Positions 8,563-20,165 are shown, numbered from the stretch's first letter. The stretch is DNA of 32,628 nt from Coleofasciculus chthonoplastes F2-STO-03 (GCA_040222015.1 JAVJWO010000131.1:1-32628); one strand, 5' to 3'. The notes: a model not told the origin generated them from the sequence alone. Made by a program: numbers and translations.

Positions 8563-8664
8563 TTTCTAGACTTTCCGTGAAAAGTCAGGTTGATCACCTT
8601 GGTTTATCCTTAAGCAGTTATCGATAAACTTTTTGAAGCCACTAAAGTGGCTACTACAAACGAC

Positions 8665-8691
8665 AAATAAACCCCCCGGAATCCGGAGGGT
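8665..8691 (-). terminator. Probable intrinsic terminator of chlLN
   Basis: Minus strand ACCCTCCGGA-T-TCCGGGGGGT hairpin followed by TTATTT, 25 bp after the chlN stop. Confidence 0.55.
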
Positions 8692-8716
8692 AGGAGCGAT
8701 CTCAAAGGAGGAGAGA

Positions 8717-10144
<1,428 letters not shown>

Positions 10145-10208
10145 TCAGGTAAGTTTCTATCTATAAGAAGTCCAACGTCTTATGGTAGGGCTGGATTCAG
10201 CCACAATT

Positions 10209-10286
10209 GTAGGGGCGGGTTGTAGGGGCGGGTTTAGCCACTCAAACGACTTGTTACTGATCAATGAACAACAAAACCCGCCCTAC
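10209..10286. repeat. REP doublet between chlL and chlN with a duplicated left arm
   Basis: GTAGGGGCGGGTT twice (10209, 10222), then TAG...CAACAAAACCCGCCCTAC. Confidence 0.85.
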
Positions 10287-10341
10287 CTCACCGATAACTT
10301 GCTTCTCAAGGGAGCGAGTAGGACAAATGACAAATGACCAA

Positions 10342-11208
10342 TTACACCATCATCAGGTCAAGTTCTTCTTCCTCTGACGTTACCTTAGGTTGTTGAGGAT
10401 TCAGGTAGAAGTCAGACAGTAAGGAGAACAACTCGCGATCGGGGGAGTCATTGGGAACGACACCTTCGGGACGTGCCAATACTTGATCGGCAATATTCAG
10501 ATAGTAATCACACACAGGTGTCAGAGACGGATCAGTTTCTGCCATTTCAAAAATGGTTTTCCCTTTAACCCGAGAGATGCGAATATCTTCAATTAAGGGC
10601 AGAATCTCTAACACGGGAATGGGTACAGCCTCAATATACTTATCGATCAGATCCCGCTTCGAGGTACGATTTCCGATGAGTCCAGCTAGGCGCAAGGGAT
10701 GGGTGCGGGCTTTTTCACGCACAGATGCGGCAATTCGGTTCGCCGCGAATAACGCATCAAAGCCGTTATCGGTAACGATCATGCAGTAGTCGGAATAGTT
10801 TAGAGGCGCAGCGAACCCACCGCAAACTACGTCACCGAGAACATCAAACAGAATAATATCGTACTCGTCAAACGCATTAAGTTCTTTGAGTAGCTTCACC
10901 GTTTCACCGACAACATAGCCACCGCAACCTGCACCAGCAGGGGGTCCACCAGCTTCGACGCAATCAACGCCGCCATAGCCTTTATAGATAACGTCTTCGG
11001 GCCAAACGTCTTCGTAGTGATAATCCTTTTCCTGAAGCGTATCGATAATCGTGGGAATGAGAAAGCCTGTCAAGGTAAAGGTGCTGTCATGTTTCGGATC
11101 ACAACCAATTTGCAGCACCTTTTTGCCGCGTCTGGCTAACGCTACGGAGATATTACAGCTTGTTGTGGACTTACCAATACCGCCTTTTCCATAAACTGAG
11201 AGTTTCAC
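10342..11208 (-). CDS. chlL: Dark-operative protochlorophyllide reductase iron-sulfur ATP-binding subunit L
   Basis: [38 protein letters not shown] and [11 protein letters not shown]. Confidence 0.98.
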   Translation of the reverse strand: MKLSVYGKGGIGKSTTSCNISVALARRGKKVLQIGCDPKHDSTFTLTGFLIPTIIDTLQEKDYHYEDVWPEDVIYKGYGGVDCVEAGGPPAGAGCGGYVVGETVKLLKELNAFDEYDIILFDVLGDVVCGGFAAPLNYSDYCMIVTDNGFDALFAANRIAASVREKARTHPLRLAGLIGNRTSKRDLIDKYIEAVPIPVLEILPLIEDIRISRVKGKTIFEMAETDPSLTPVCDYYLNIADQVLARPEGVVPNDSPDRELFSLLSDFYLNPQQPKVTSEEEELDLMMV

Positions 11209-11860
11209 GCTTCGTTGTCTCCTATCGTTTGGATCAAAACTGAAATGTTGTCGTAGCGATTAAATGAGCTGGCATCTAGGCTTGGGCTGAGTCGCCAGCC
11301 GTTGCTTGCTGCCTGCTAATCGCATTATTGACATAACTCCCTGAGAAATGAAAGGGGGTTTGGGAATGGGATGGGCTTTAAATCTGAATAAAATTATGCC
11401 TAGCTATGGATAAACTGTTTTATTGCTTCAGAGTGACTCTGAAGCGAATTTAATCAAATTATTATAATTTTGTGTATTTTGTTTATATAAATATAAACAA
11501 AAGCAAAAAAGAGGGTCAATTGACTTCCAGCCTGACTAAGCTGGCTCACGTTAGCCACCTGACTCCAGCTCAACGCTGATGGGAAATGGGAGATATAGAT
11601 GGGGTTTGGCGCGATCGCATCCTTTCAGTCTGATCTGCCCTGATCGCCAAAAACCCTAGATTTACGTCAGTCAGAGAAGGCGCGATCGCAGATTTGGTGA
11701 ACTCAGGCAAGATTGTTGTAAATAAAGATTAATTTTTGTGGCAGTGATTAAATTCGCCGCGATCGCAAACCCCTGGCATAGGTTAAAGTCTATGGTTGCG
11801 ATATAAATGTACCTATCCTCAAAAAACCAATGGTGTTGAGATTGTTCACCGGAGAAAGGC

Positions 11861-11924
11861 GGGGCGGGTTTAGTCACATCTGGGTGCAACCAACCAAAAA
11901 GATAATCGTGAAACCCGCCCCTAC
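11861..11924. repeat. REP doublet (reverse-oriented relative of 8443-8501)
   Basis: GGGGCGGGTTTAGTCACATCTGGGT...GATAATCGTGAAACCCGCCCCTAC. Confidence 0.85.
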
Positions 11925-12061
11925 GCACGCGCCAGATTCCCTATTGTTTTTTTGATAGCATCAGGATAACCACAACCCAATAGAAAAGCCATGACGCTTG
12001 TTTACTACTAAAATAAGATTACTAGCGCTCCTTTAACTTCAGGCTTAACCGGGATAAACCT

Positions 12062-12991
12062 ATGAAATTTATCAGCCCTAAAGTCGATTATGCCTTTAAA
12101 AAAATATTTGGTTCTGAACAGAGCAAAGAGGTTTTAATCAGTTTCCTCAATGCCATTATTTATAACGGAGAGAAAAATATTCAATCCTTGACAATTGCTA
12201 ATCCTTATAATCCAGGTCAGGCAATGACCTTAAAAGATACTTATTTAGACATAAAAGCTGTTTTAGCTAACGGCTCTGTTGTTATTATTGAAATGCAAAT
12301 AGCGCGGGTGACAGCTTTTAGCAAACGGATCGTTTACAATCTGAGTAAAGCTTATAGCAATCAGTTAGGAATTGGGGAAAATTACCTGATTCTCAATCCG
12401 GTGATCGCCGTAACGATTACAGATTTCATCCTATTTAATAATACCCCAGATGTGATCAATCAATTTGTTTTTCAGGAAAAAAACAAAAAATTTGAATATC
12501 CTGATCCAGAATTGCAACTAATCTTCGTCGAGCTACCGAAATTCAAGAAGACCTTGTCAGAGTTAACCAGTTTAAGCGATAAGTGGATTTACTTTCTAAA
12601 AGAAGCGGCTAGTCTCGATAATATTCCTAATAATTTGGGAGACGTGTCTGAGATAAAACTGGCTTTAAATATTGCTAACCAAGCCAAAATGACAGTAGAA
12701 GAGCTAGAAGTCGTGGAGCGCCGGGGGATCATGTTGCAGGATGAGAAAGGGCGGATAACCTATGCGGCAGAACAAGGGGAAGCAAAAGGAAGAGAGAAAG
12801 GACGTTTGCAAGAAGCGATCGCTCTAGTTATGCGTCTACTTAAAAAGCGTTTTGGAGAACTGCCAGAGGCGATAAGTACCAAAATTGAAACTTTGCCTTT
12901 ACAAGAGTTAGAAAATTTAACCGAGGAGATTTTAGATTTAAATCGTTTAGAGGATTTGGAACGTTGGTTAGACGAACATTCGCCGTCTTAA
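12062..12991 (+). CDS. Rpn-family PD-(D/E)XK nuclease / putative transposase with DUF4351-like C-terminus
   Basis: ISPKVDYAFKKIFG, YLDIKA...IIEMQ, FVELPKF, KWIYFLK and the GREKGR...LLKKRFG...LEDLERWL tail. Confidence 0.9.
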   Translation: MKFISPKVDYAFKKIFGSEQSKEVLISFLNAIIYNGEKNIQSLTIANPYNPGQAMTLKDTYLDIKAVLANGSVVIIEMQIARVTAFSKRIVYNLSKAYSNQLGIGENYLILNPVIAVTITDFILFNNTPDVINQFVFQEKNKKFEYPDPELQLIFVELPKFKKTLSELTSLSDKWIYFLKEAASLDNIPNNLGDVSEIKLALNIANQAKMTVEELEVVERRGIMLQDEKGRITYAAEQGEAKGREKGRLQEAIALVMRLLKKRFGELPEAISTKIETLPLQELENLTEEILDLNRLEDLERWLDEHSPS

Positions 12992-13043
12992 TAAGAATGG
13001 CACTGAAATAAGCATTTTTGGATCGACGAAACCTTGATATACC

Positions 13044-13064
13044 GTAGGGTGGGCATTGCCCACC
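13044..13064. repeat. GTAG-type REP-like palindrome
   Basis: GTAGGGTGGGCA-T-TGCCCACC. Confidence 0.75.
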
Positions 13065-13068
13065 AGCA

Positions 13069-13171
13069 TAAGCTGTCATGCATTTAAATTGGGTATTAGT
13101 AGCGAGCAAGATGCTCGCACTACACGGCTTTCGCTATTATTGACATTAAGGTTTAAATTCCGAACAGCTTA
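13069..13171. mobile_element. MITE-like element, copy 2 (103 bp)
   Basis: TAAGCTGTCATGCATTTAAA...TTTAAATTCCGAACAGCTTA, colinear with 3766-3869. Internal GTAGCGAGCAAGATGCTCGCACTAC palindrome. Confidence 0.85.
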
Positions 13172-13190
13172 CCAGTCAGCGCCATTCACC

Positions 13191-16100
13191 CTAAGAATGA
13201 GAGAGATCAACCGGAAGTAACTCTCGGAACTCCCAGTGACCAAGTTCACCTAAGCGGTTGATCAGTTCTACAGCCGTTTTTTTAGCTTGATCATTACTGC
13301 TTTCAATAGCAGCAGATAGGATAATCTTCGCCTCCTTGCGATAACCATAAATATGCCAAGCATTTTTGGCTGTTTCGATCATAAGACTAAGACACTCGAT
13401 GACTGACTGTGGCATTTTAGGAGCCAGTGTAGCTAAGCGCTCAGATACCAGGAAGTCCTCGACTTGAACACCCAGTTTAAGAACTTCTGCAAGCTGCTCA
13501 ATTGCCCAAGTCTCATCAAACTTGCCAAAATAAAACCACCAGCCAAAGGCAGCAAGTTCATGAGTATGTGAAGCAGGTTCGGTACGTGCTGTCTCTAGGC
13601 GCTGTTGCCAAAGTAATTGAATTCGATTGAGTATGTTTGGTTCTATCGCCTCTTTCGTCTGATCTAAGCTTCGCCCTACGAATTCAAGAGCGTATCCACA
13701 AAGAGAATCAGGTGCTTTTGCGTAAAACTGCGCCAGTAAACCTTCGGGTTCATTTAGATTGATCGTTCCCCGCCAGTAGAGAGTCATTAAGTGCTGAGCG
13801 AAACCTTCTTCTGGATGACTCAGTTGTTCTTTATGATTTTTCGCGGTGTCGATCTTTGCAATTGCATTGCTGTATTCTTGATGCAGTACATCAAAGACAT
13901 TATTATACACGGAGCAATAGGTAATATAGCTTTCCCAAGCCGAATCCCATAGGTCAGATAAAGCCTCATCTGCTGGAAAAATTTTACTCACATTCTGACT
14001 CGCCCAGTCTGAATCTAGTAAAACTAGCCAAGGAAACCACTGACCATATACTGAACGAATTGCCTGTGACGGATCATAATCTGGATCGAGATGTTCATCA
14101 AGTATCGGTCGAACTTCTGGCATTTCATTAAAACCCTGTGCAATTCGCTCGGCACTATCAGGCATTTGCTCAAAATGTCGTCGAATCCAGAGTGCGTAAC
14201 GTACTACAGTATGCATTGCCGCACCGCGAACTGTATTCAGGGAGAGTGTAGTGAAGTCCCTATTTGAGCTATCGTTGTGCGCTTCGTCTTCAGGAGTCGG
14301 GTTTGGATCTTGAGTAAGCCGTTTCAGAATGTTCCAAACATCACTACGCAGGTTAAAGGGAATTTGCTGCTTCTGTTGATCAGTAAAACCGACTCTCAGC
14401 AAATCAGTAACTTCTTGATTTGCTGTACGCCAATAATGGTCAAATTCATGATCAATTTTCTCCTGATCACCAGCCTGATGAGATTCTTCCACTAACCCAT
14501 AGCAGAGACGCAAAACGGATAACCAGGGAAATTCTCTCAATTTGTCGTGTTGGTTAATTAATGCACTTTCTAATCCACACAGCAAACTGTATCCATATCT
14601 TGGATGTAAGTTTTGGAAGTTTTCTGCCAACCGTGCATATTTTTCAGTATTTTTTTCAGCCAATCCTCTGACAACTGACTCCAATCCTGCATAGGATGGT
14701 TCATCAAATGGGTGATTAGAGTTAGGCTTCCATGTTTTCAGAAAGGAGATTAGCTCTTCGATACTCATAGAGTCCAATTCGGATTCAGTTTTAGGACTCT
14801 GAGTACCTAATATTCTGACCTCATCTATTCCACCAAAAACAATTTTGGAAAGTTCAACAGTACCAAATTCTTGAACTAGCTGCTGATATCGCTGTTCCCA
14901 CTGAGTAGGCAGACTATCTTTAAGGGGCGTTAGCTTGTGTAACTGCCAAGATCTCAGCCGTTCCTCTTTTTCTTCTGGATTTTCTAGCAAAGTCCAGTCC
15001 AGATCAGGATTTTCAATCCAACTCAGAATCTTATCTTGTTCCTCTTTAGGTAAATCACCAAAATAGTCTTTGGCTAAATAAACATACTCATAATCCTCCC
15101 AAACAGTCCTATCACTAAACCGCTTTTGGTTTACTAACTTTTCAATCAAAAGATTACGATCTGCGTCTGGAAATTTACGAATTAAGTAAAGAGCGATGCG
15201 ATAAAAAACCCGCCAGTGATACTTTTCCAGCAGTTCCACAATTGAATGTAATTTTGATGAATCGCTTTGGAGAATTGTATCGGCAGCATCTCGGACGGCA
15301 ATCGCTAAAAACTGTCTAACCTCATCAGGAGAATTTCGGGGATGTTCCTCAATCACAGGTTGCCAGTAAATTGACTTATCTTCCCAGAAGTAATGATTGT
15401 TTTTGTTTGCTTCTCTTGTTCCAGAAGGTAGTGAAAACTCCACTGCATCAGAGAGCAGACTGCCAAGTAGTTTCTTCAATACCTTTTCACTGGCTAATGT
15501 CACCAATTCTGGCACGTAATTTTCGAGAATCTGTTTATATTGCCAGCGACTAATGCGTGTTTTGGGTTCGGCACGATAATATCTCTGGGTTGTACCTGCA
15601 TCCTGATTATTCAAGTTAGGGTTTATTACAGCAAGCAGTGACTTAGCCAGTCCCAGTGCTTGTTTGACTTCATTTCCCTTGGCAAGATGCACCACTAGGG
15701 AACCAACTTGCTTGGAATCAAGATAATAGTCTGACGAATTTAGAGATTCTAACCATTCCTCAACTTTAGGAACTAGCTTGACTGCGATTTCAGGCGGCAT
15801 TTGAAGTGCAGCCTCTACAAAATCTTCACAAATCCTAAAATTATCAGCTTCTATGTTAAGTCCAATGTTTAGAACAGCATCCGGTTCATATTTAGCCATT
15901 CGTGCCAAATACCGAGACTCTGACGCCAGTAGATTTTTGAAGAACCCTTTTTTCTGTAGTGGCTCAATCCAATTCGGATTTTCAAGACGGTTGAAAAAGT
16001 AATTCCGTTGCTGAGGATGAATCAGCAAGGCTACAGCTTGATCAACTTGTTCAGGAGTTGAGTTGGTGTCTTCCAGGATTTCATCGAGTTTATCTGTAGT

Positions 16101-16802
16101 GCTGTAAAAACTTTGGGCGCGGGCGCATTCAATTAGAAACGACTCGAAAAGTTCAAACTGAGACTGGAGTTCCTGCTCGTTGCGCTTTGCCTCACCTGTC
16201 TCAACCTTACCCTTATCATGGGTTTGAGCCATGAACCACTCAGTTACATCCCACCAATGCTTGGCAATGGGACGAAACGTTTCTGGGGAAGATTGCTCCG
16301 CCGGAATACATCTCTCAAAAACAGGGATGGCTTTCTCTCTATTGCTAAGACGTACTTCTCGATGTTTTTGAAGTAGTTGTTGGATTGTTAAGAATAGTTT
16401 TTGGGGAACAAGGATATCAGGAGAGAGAGGAGGTAAGTTACCGGAAGTGTTCATTTGGCTATCTGGAACAGTTTGCTCCAGACTAAATCCACAACCTTGC
16501 CAAATTTCTACAAGTTTATTCACTTCTTTCGTGTACTCCAGTCTTTTATGACCATTACCACTAGAAATATAATCAGGTAAACGATTACGAATCTCTCTCA
16601 CAGCATGAGCTACAAAGCGTAATTTACCAGGAATAGGTTGTTCAAACACTAAACAGACTGCACCTTCATAAAGTTCAGCTAGAGGCGGAGCTTGATCGTG
16701 CAACCATTCAAGTATTTTCAGACGAGCAGTTGTCCAGTGTGTTGAGCGCTCTGGTGGTAAATTATCTAGGTTAGGAGTCGGTTGTTTACGGTTAAATTCC
16801 AC
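13191..16802 (-). CDS. Large hypothetical alpha-helical protein (1203 aa), candidate defence protein
   Basis: Uninterrupted 3.6-kb ORF with GTG start. N-terminal ~245-aa domain with LYEGA...RFVAHAVREIRNRLP, followed by a W/L-rich helical region. No P-loop seen. Confidence 0.85.
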   Translation of the reverse strand: MEFNRKQPTPNLDNLPPERSTHWTTARLKILEWLHDQAPPLAELYEGAVCLVFEQPIPGKLRFVAHAVREIRNRLPDYISSGNGHKRLEYTKEVNKLVEIWQGCGFSLEQTVPDSQMNTSGNLPPLSPDILVPQKLFLTIQQLLQKHREVRLSNREKAIPVFERCIPAEQSSPETFRPIAKHWWDVTEWFMAQTHDKGKVETGEAKRNEQELQSQFELFESFLIECARAQSFYSTTDKLDEILEDTNSTPEQVDQAVALLIHPQQRNYFFNRLENPNWIEPLQKKGFFKNLLASESRYLARMAKYEPDAVLNIGLNIEADNFRICEDFVEAALQMPPEIAVKLVPKVEEWLESLNSSDYYLDSKQVGSLVVHLAKGNEVKQALGLAKSLLAVINPNLNNQDAGTTQRYYRAEPKTRISRWQYKQILENYVPELVTLASEKVLKKLLGSLLSDAVEFSLPSGTREANKNNHYFWEDKSIYWQPVIEEHPRNSPDEVRQFLAIAVRDAADTILQSDSSKLHSIVELLEKYHWRVFYRIALYLIRKFPDADRNLLIEKLVNQKRFSDRTVWEDYEYVYLAKDYFGDLPKEEQDKILSWIENPDLDWTLLENPEEKEERLRSWQLHKLTPLKDSLPTQWEQRYQQLVQEFGTVELSKIVFGGIDEVRILGTQSPKTESELDSMSIEELISFLKTWKPNSNHPFDEPSYAGLESVVRGLAEKNTEKYARLAENFQNLHPRYGYSLLCGLESALINQHDKLREFPWLSVLRLCYGLVEESHQAGDQEKIDHEFDHYWRTANQEVTDLLRVGFTDQQKQQIPFNLRSDVWNILKRLTQDPNPTPEDEAHNDSSNRDFTTLSLNTVRGAAMHTVVRYALWIRRHFEQMPDSAERIAQGFNEMPEVRPILDEHLDPDYDPSQAIRSVYGQWFPWLVLLDSDWASQNVSKIFPADEALSDLWDSAWESYITYCSVYNNVFDVLHQEYSNAIAKIDTAKNHKEQLSHPEEGFAQHLMTLYWRGTINLNEPEGLLAQFYAKAPDSLCGYALEFVGRSLDQTKEAIEPNILNRIQLLWQQRLETARTEPASHTHELAAFGWWFYFGKFDETWAIEQLAEVLKLGVQVEDFLVSERLATLAPKMPQSVIECLSLMIETAKNAWHIYGYRKEAKIILSAAIESSNDQAKKTAVELINRLGELGHWEFRELLPVDLSHS

Positions 16803-16904
16803 AACTGCCTTAAAAAATTAACCTCAATGCTGATTCCTTTAATTATAGTGATGATCAACAGGTAAGTGCCAATAGCACTGTTGATCAACTCCGCGTTACT
16901 ATAA

Positions 16905-16968
16905 GGTGGGCAATAGCACAGAATGATAGTATGAGCTTTTCCAGATTGATAACTTTTGCCCACCCTAC
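16905..16968. repeat. REP-like doublet
   Basis: GGTGGGCAA...TTGCCCACCCTAC inverted arms. Confidence 0.65.
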
Positions 16969-17265
16969 CTAAAATTGACGGCTTTAAATTCCGTAAATTG
17001 ATGTCCTGGCTATACAAGTCAGCAATCTTTAACCGAACTAACGTTTCAATCGCTTACGTCGAGTACGACGCCGCAAGACTTGTGCTAACAGGGTGGCTTC
17101 CCGTTCGGCTTTGAATAAATCTAGCGATCGCGACGTCAGTAGAAATGCACCCGATGGTTTGTACTGCACTAAAGGTAACTTCGTGATCTGATACTCACAA
17201 ATGTTAGGAATAATCGCCTGTGTTGACGAATTCTATTAAGTGTGAAGTAGCAAGCCACCGGAGAA

Positions 17266-17432
17266 GGGCGGGTTTAATGTAGGGGCTCTTTTGACTACTA
17301 TCATTCAGGGTTGCACCCAGATATAACTAAACCCGCCCCTACAAAGTTTTTGCCATAAGTTATCTGTAAAACCCGCCCCTACATCCCCTGGTTTCCCTTC
17401 CTTGGTTCCCTTGGTTCCCCTGCTCCCCCTGC
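17266..17432. repeat. Composite REP cluster plus a degenerate pyrimidine-rich short tandem repeat
   Basis: GGGCGGGTTT (17266), AAACCCGCCCCTAC ending at 17342 and 17382, then CCCCTGGTT/CCCTTGGTT/CCCCTGCT units. Confidence 0.75.
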
Positions 17433-17595
17433 TTTTCGCACTAAGTTGACACCAATGCCCGCTTGCACTAATGACAACACTCCATGTCCCTCAATTTGTT
17501 GAGTCGCCCTCTCCTAAATAAAGAAAGCCACAACAAAGAATCCCCCCTTTTACTAGAAAAGAGGGGACTCCCAAGGAATATTTCTTTAAAGATAC

Positions 17596-17684
17596 AGGAC
17601 TTACGCAGTTACACCACAGATGGGGGCAAAGGTGCGTTACGCTTCGCTAACACACCCTACACATAGAGGCTTTGCGTAAGTCCT
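17596..17684. mobile_element. MITE-like element (89 bp) with perfect 12-bp TIRs
   Basis: AGGACTTACGCA (17596-17607) / TGCGTAAGTCCT (17673-17684). AAGATA on both flanks. Internal REP GGTGCGTTACGCTTCGCTAACACACCCTAC. Confidence 0.8.
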
Positions 17685-17735
17685 AAGATAGAGAATTTTG
17701 CAGAATGACAGACAGGTTATCGGTTGCGTAAGTTT

Positions 17736-18248
17736 TCATAACCATCCGTGATTATCGTAAAAATGAATTCCGCCGTGATAGCTATCAACGGCTTTTACAG
17801 CACCAAACTGAACAGAAACAATATCGCCAATAGTGTCGCCAGTCGCACCGCAAAAAGGCTTGATAGATGACCAGTCGCAATCATAAAGAGGCTCGTAGAC
17901 ATCCTTGTACATCGGCTCTCCAAGCTTTCGCCATTGGTTGTACTGACTGATCTTGAAATCACATTCAGGAATGCCATCGGGGGAAGTCGTTCTCACCTCA
18001 ACCCAGTAACTTAAATCCCAAACTTCTTTACCATCCTGTTCGTCCCACTGGTCAAAGCAAACAAATTCTTTTTCCAGACTAGAGATCTCCATTGTCAAGT
18101 CTAGGTAACGATTTAAGCAGTCTTTTTCAACCGCTTCCAGTGATTTAGAAAGGCGTTCCCAGAGATTTTCGAGCAAAGGCAATCCTTTTTCTTTCGCTTC
18201 ATCTTCACTATTGGCAAACAGCCTGTGTCCAATAATAATTGTTGCCAT
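17736..18248 (-). CDS. Hypothetical acidic protein (170 aa)
   Basis: ATG-started ORF with protein-like composition; no family recognised. Confidence 0.6.
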   Translation of the reverse strand: MATIIIGHRLFANSEDEAKEKGLPLLENLWERLSKSLEAVEKDCLNRYLDLTMEISSLEKEFVCFDQWDEQDGKEVWDLSYWVEVRTTSPDGIPECDFKISQYNQWRKLGEPMYKDVYEPLYDCDWSSIKPFCGATGDTIGDIVSVQFGAVKAVDSYHGGIHFYDNHGWL

Positions 18249-18395
18249 ATCTTTCCATATCTTTATAGATATTACGATTTGCTTTATCAGAACTTAATAT
18301 TTAACATCTGATATAGACAATCAGGGCGGCTAGGTGAACATTCTAAAGGCGAATGCACGTCCCCGCCGCCCTTGTGGTGATGACAAGAGAAAGGA

Positions 18396-19619
18396 TTATG
18401 GTGCTAAAGCATTTCCGCGCAACAGACTACCAATGGTTTTGGCAGTAATTTTAAGCTGCACTAAAGGATTAGCTGGTACAACCGTTTTGTACAAATAACT
18501 GTCAAAAGTGAGTCGCTGCACATCTAGATCAGAACACATCTCTACAAACGCTTCACGAGTCGCATCGGAGCGATAGAAGACGGTTTGCAGAATATCCAGC
18601 ACCTTATAGGTGATGCCATACTTCTTATCCCAGCGCTTGAGATAAAGCTTGAGGTCAGCTTCGGTGGGAATGCGAGTTCCACCATTAGAGGTTTCAACAA
18701 TGGTTTCGGCACACATCCGGGCGGATTTTGCCGCAAAGTAAATCCCTTCACCCGACGATTTCGTCACCGTTCCCGCCGCGTCTCCAACTAACGCCACCCG
18801 ACCAACGACTCGGCGAGGTCTGGGATGCTCTGGAATGGGGTGTGCCTCAACTTTGATGATTTCACCACCGACGAGTTTCTTAGCGGCACGAGCGCGAATC
18901 CCTGCTTGTAGCTTTTTAATTTTGGCTTGGTTCACCTTCATCGTCCCTGTGCCAACGGCAACGTGGTCGTATTTGGGGAAAACCCAAGCGTAGAAGTCAG
19001 GCGAAACGTCGTTACCTACATACATTTCTGCCAGGTCTTCATAGTAGTTCATCATGTCCCCTGGCAGGCGAATCCGCTCTTGGAACGCGATCGCATAATT
19101 GTAGTCCCCGGCGTCAATTGCTTTAGCCACGCGGGAATTCGCGCCATCAGCACCAATCACTAGGTCTACCTTTAGGGTTTTTTGTACGCCATTGAGACTT
19201 CCGTCGGAATGATCAGCGTAGTGAAGGGTATAGGGTTCTGTATTACTTGTGGGTATATCGAGTTTATGAACAGTGCCATTAATTAAAGTTGCACCCAGCT
19301 TGGCAGCGCGGTTCCGCATGAAGCCATCTAGGACTTCCCGGCGGCACATGCCAATATATTCGTCTTCTTTTACCAGGTTGATGTCCACCTCTATATTCGA
19401 TGGCGAGATCATCTTCATCTTTCTGACTCGCCGATCAATAATTTCAGGTGGCAGGTCAAATTCACTAACCATACAGAGCGGAATGGCTCCGCCACAGGGT
19501 TTAGCATTGTCTAGCTTACGCTCAAACAAGTAGGTTTCGATTCCAGCTTTTGCTAGAGTCTCTGCGGCAGACGAGCCAGCAGGTCCTGAACCAACAACCG
19601 CAACCCTTAGTGCAGGCAT
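18396..19619 (-). CDS. chlP: Geranylgeranyl reductase
   Basis: LRVAVVGSGPAG FAD motif, AKPCGGAIP, VGDAAG.VTKSSGEGIYFA. Start moved to ATG 19619 (GGGAGA RBS), giving 407 aa. Confidence 0.97.
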   Translation of the reverse strand: MPALRVAVVGSGPAGSSAAETLAKAGIETYLFERKLDNAKPCGGAIPLCMVSEFDLPPEIIDRRVRKMKMISPSNIEVDINLVKEDEYIGMCRREVLDGFMRNRAAKLGATLINGTVHKLDIPTSNTEPYTLHYADHSDGSLNGVQKTLKVDLVIGADGANSRVAKAIDAGDYNYAIAFQERIRLPGDMMNYYEDLAEMYVGNDVSPDFYAWVFPKYDHVAVGTGTMKVNQAKIKKLQAGIRARAAKKLVGGEIIKVEAHPIPEHPRPRRVVGRVALVGDAAGTVTKSSGEGIYFAAKSARMCAETIVETSNGGTRIPTEADLKLYLKRWDKKYGITYKVLDILQTVFYRSDATREAFVEMCSDLDVQRLTFDSYLYKTVVPANPLVQLKITAKTIGSLLRGNALAP

Positions 19620-19831
19620 TTTTTCTCCCAATCGTTTTCGAGGTACGGATTGCATGGTATCACGGACGTTTGGCGATTTCATCCGCAATGTGCGATCGCG
19701 GCTCATTTTGAAATACAGCTTAACAATTGCCTTCACAAAGCTTAATATTTTGTCCGTTGTCCTGGGACAAAAGACCAAGGACAACTATCTGCATCGTTAA
19801 AATTAGGACAACTGTTGAGTCCCCTACTGAT

Positions 19832-20131
19832 ATGTCAGCACCACCCTTGTCACCACAACCGACAAGACAAATACTGGTATGTCAGCACCGTACTTGCCGC
19901 AAACAAGGTGCAGCCAAAGTCATGGCAGCATTTCAAGCTTTACCTATCAAGGGGGTTACAGTTGGCGGTAGCCCTTGTCTGGGAGAATGTGGCAATGGTC
20001 CGATGGTCGTGGTTTTACCTGAAGAAACATGGTATTGTCGGGTTCTCCCCGATGAAGTTCCCGCCGTAGTACAACGACACCTCAAAGACGGACAACCCGT
20101 AAAGGCGATGCTGTATCGAAAGTATCATTGA
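19832..20131 (+). CDS. Thioredoxin-like (2Fe-2S) ferredoxin
   Basis: VCQHRTC...CLGECGNGP..V.PEETWY..V.P.EV...V.RHL..G.PV. Start moved to ATG 19832. Confidence 0.9.
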   Translation: MSAPPLSPQPTRQILVCQHRTCRKQGAAKVMAAFQALPIKGVTVGGSPCLGECGNGPMVVVLPEETWYCRVLPDEVPAVVQRHLKDGQPVKAMLYRKYH

Positions 20132-20136
20132 CCTTT

Positions 20137-20165
20137 GTAGGTTGGGTTGACGAAGGAAACCCAAC
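20137..20165. repeat. GTAG-type REP-like palindrome
   Basis: GTAGGTTGGGTT...AACCCAAC. Confidence 0.7.

Noticed and set aside
10342..11208. nifH
   Set aside because: The [12 protein letters not shown] and PAGAGCGG motifs and linkage to chlN identify it as chlL.
17439..17457. ACTAAGTTGACACCAATG as the end of another MITE
   Set aside because: It resembles a cyanobacterial MITE terminus from memory, but I found no partner inverted repeat nearby.
19620..19831. Overlapping long starts of chlP and the ferredoxin
   Set aside because: Family motifs begin at 19619 (-) and 19832 (+); the interval is a divergent promoter region.
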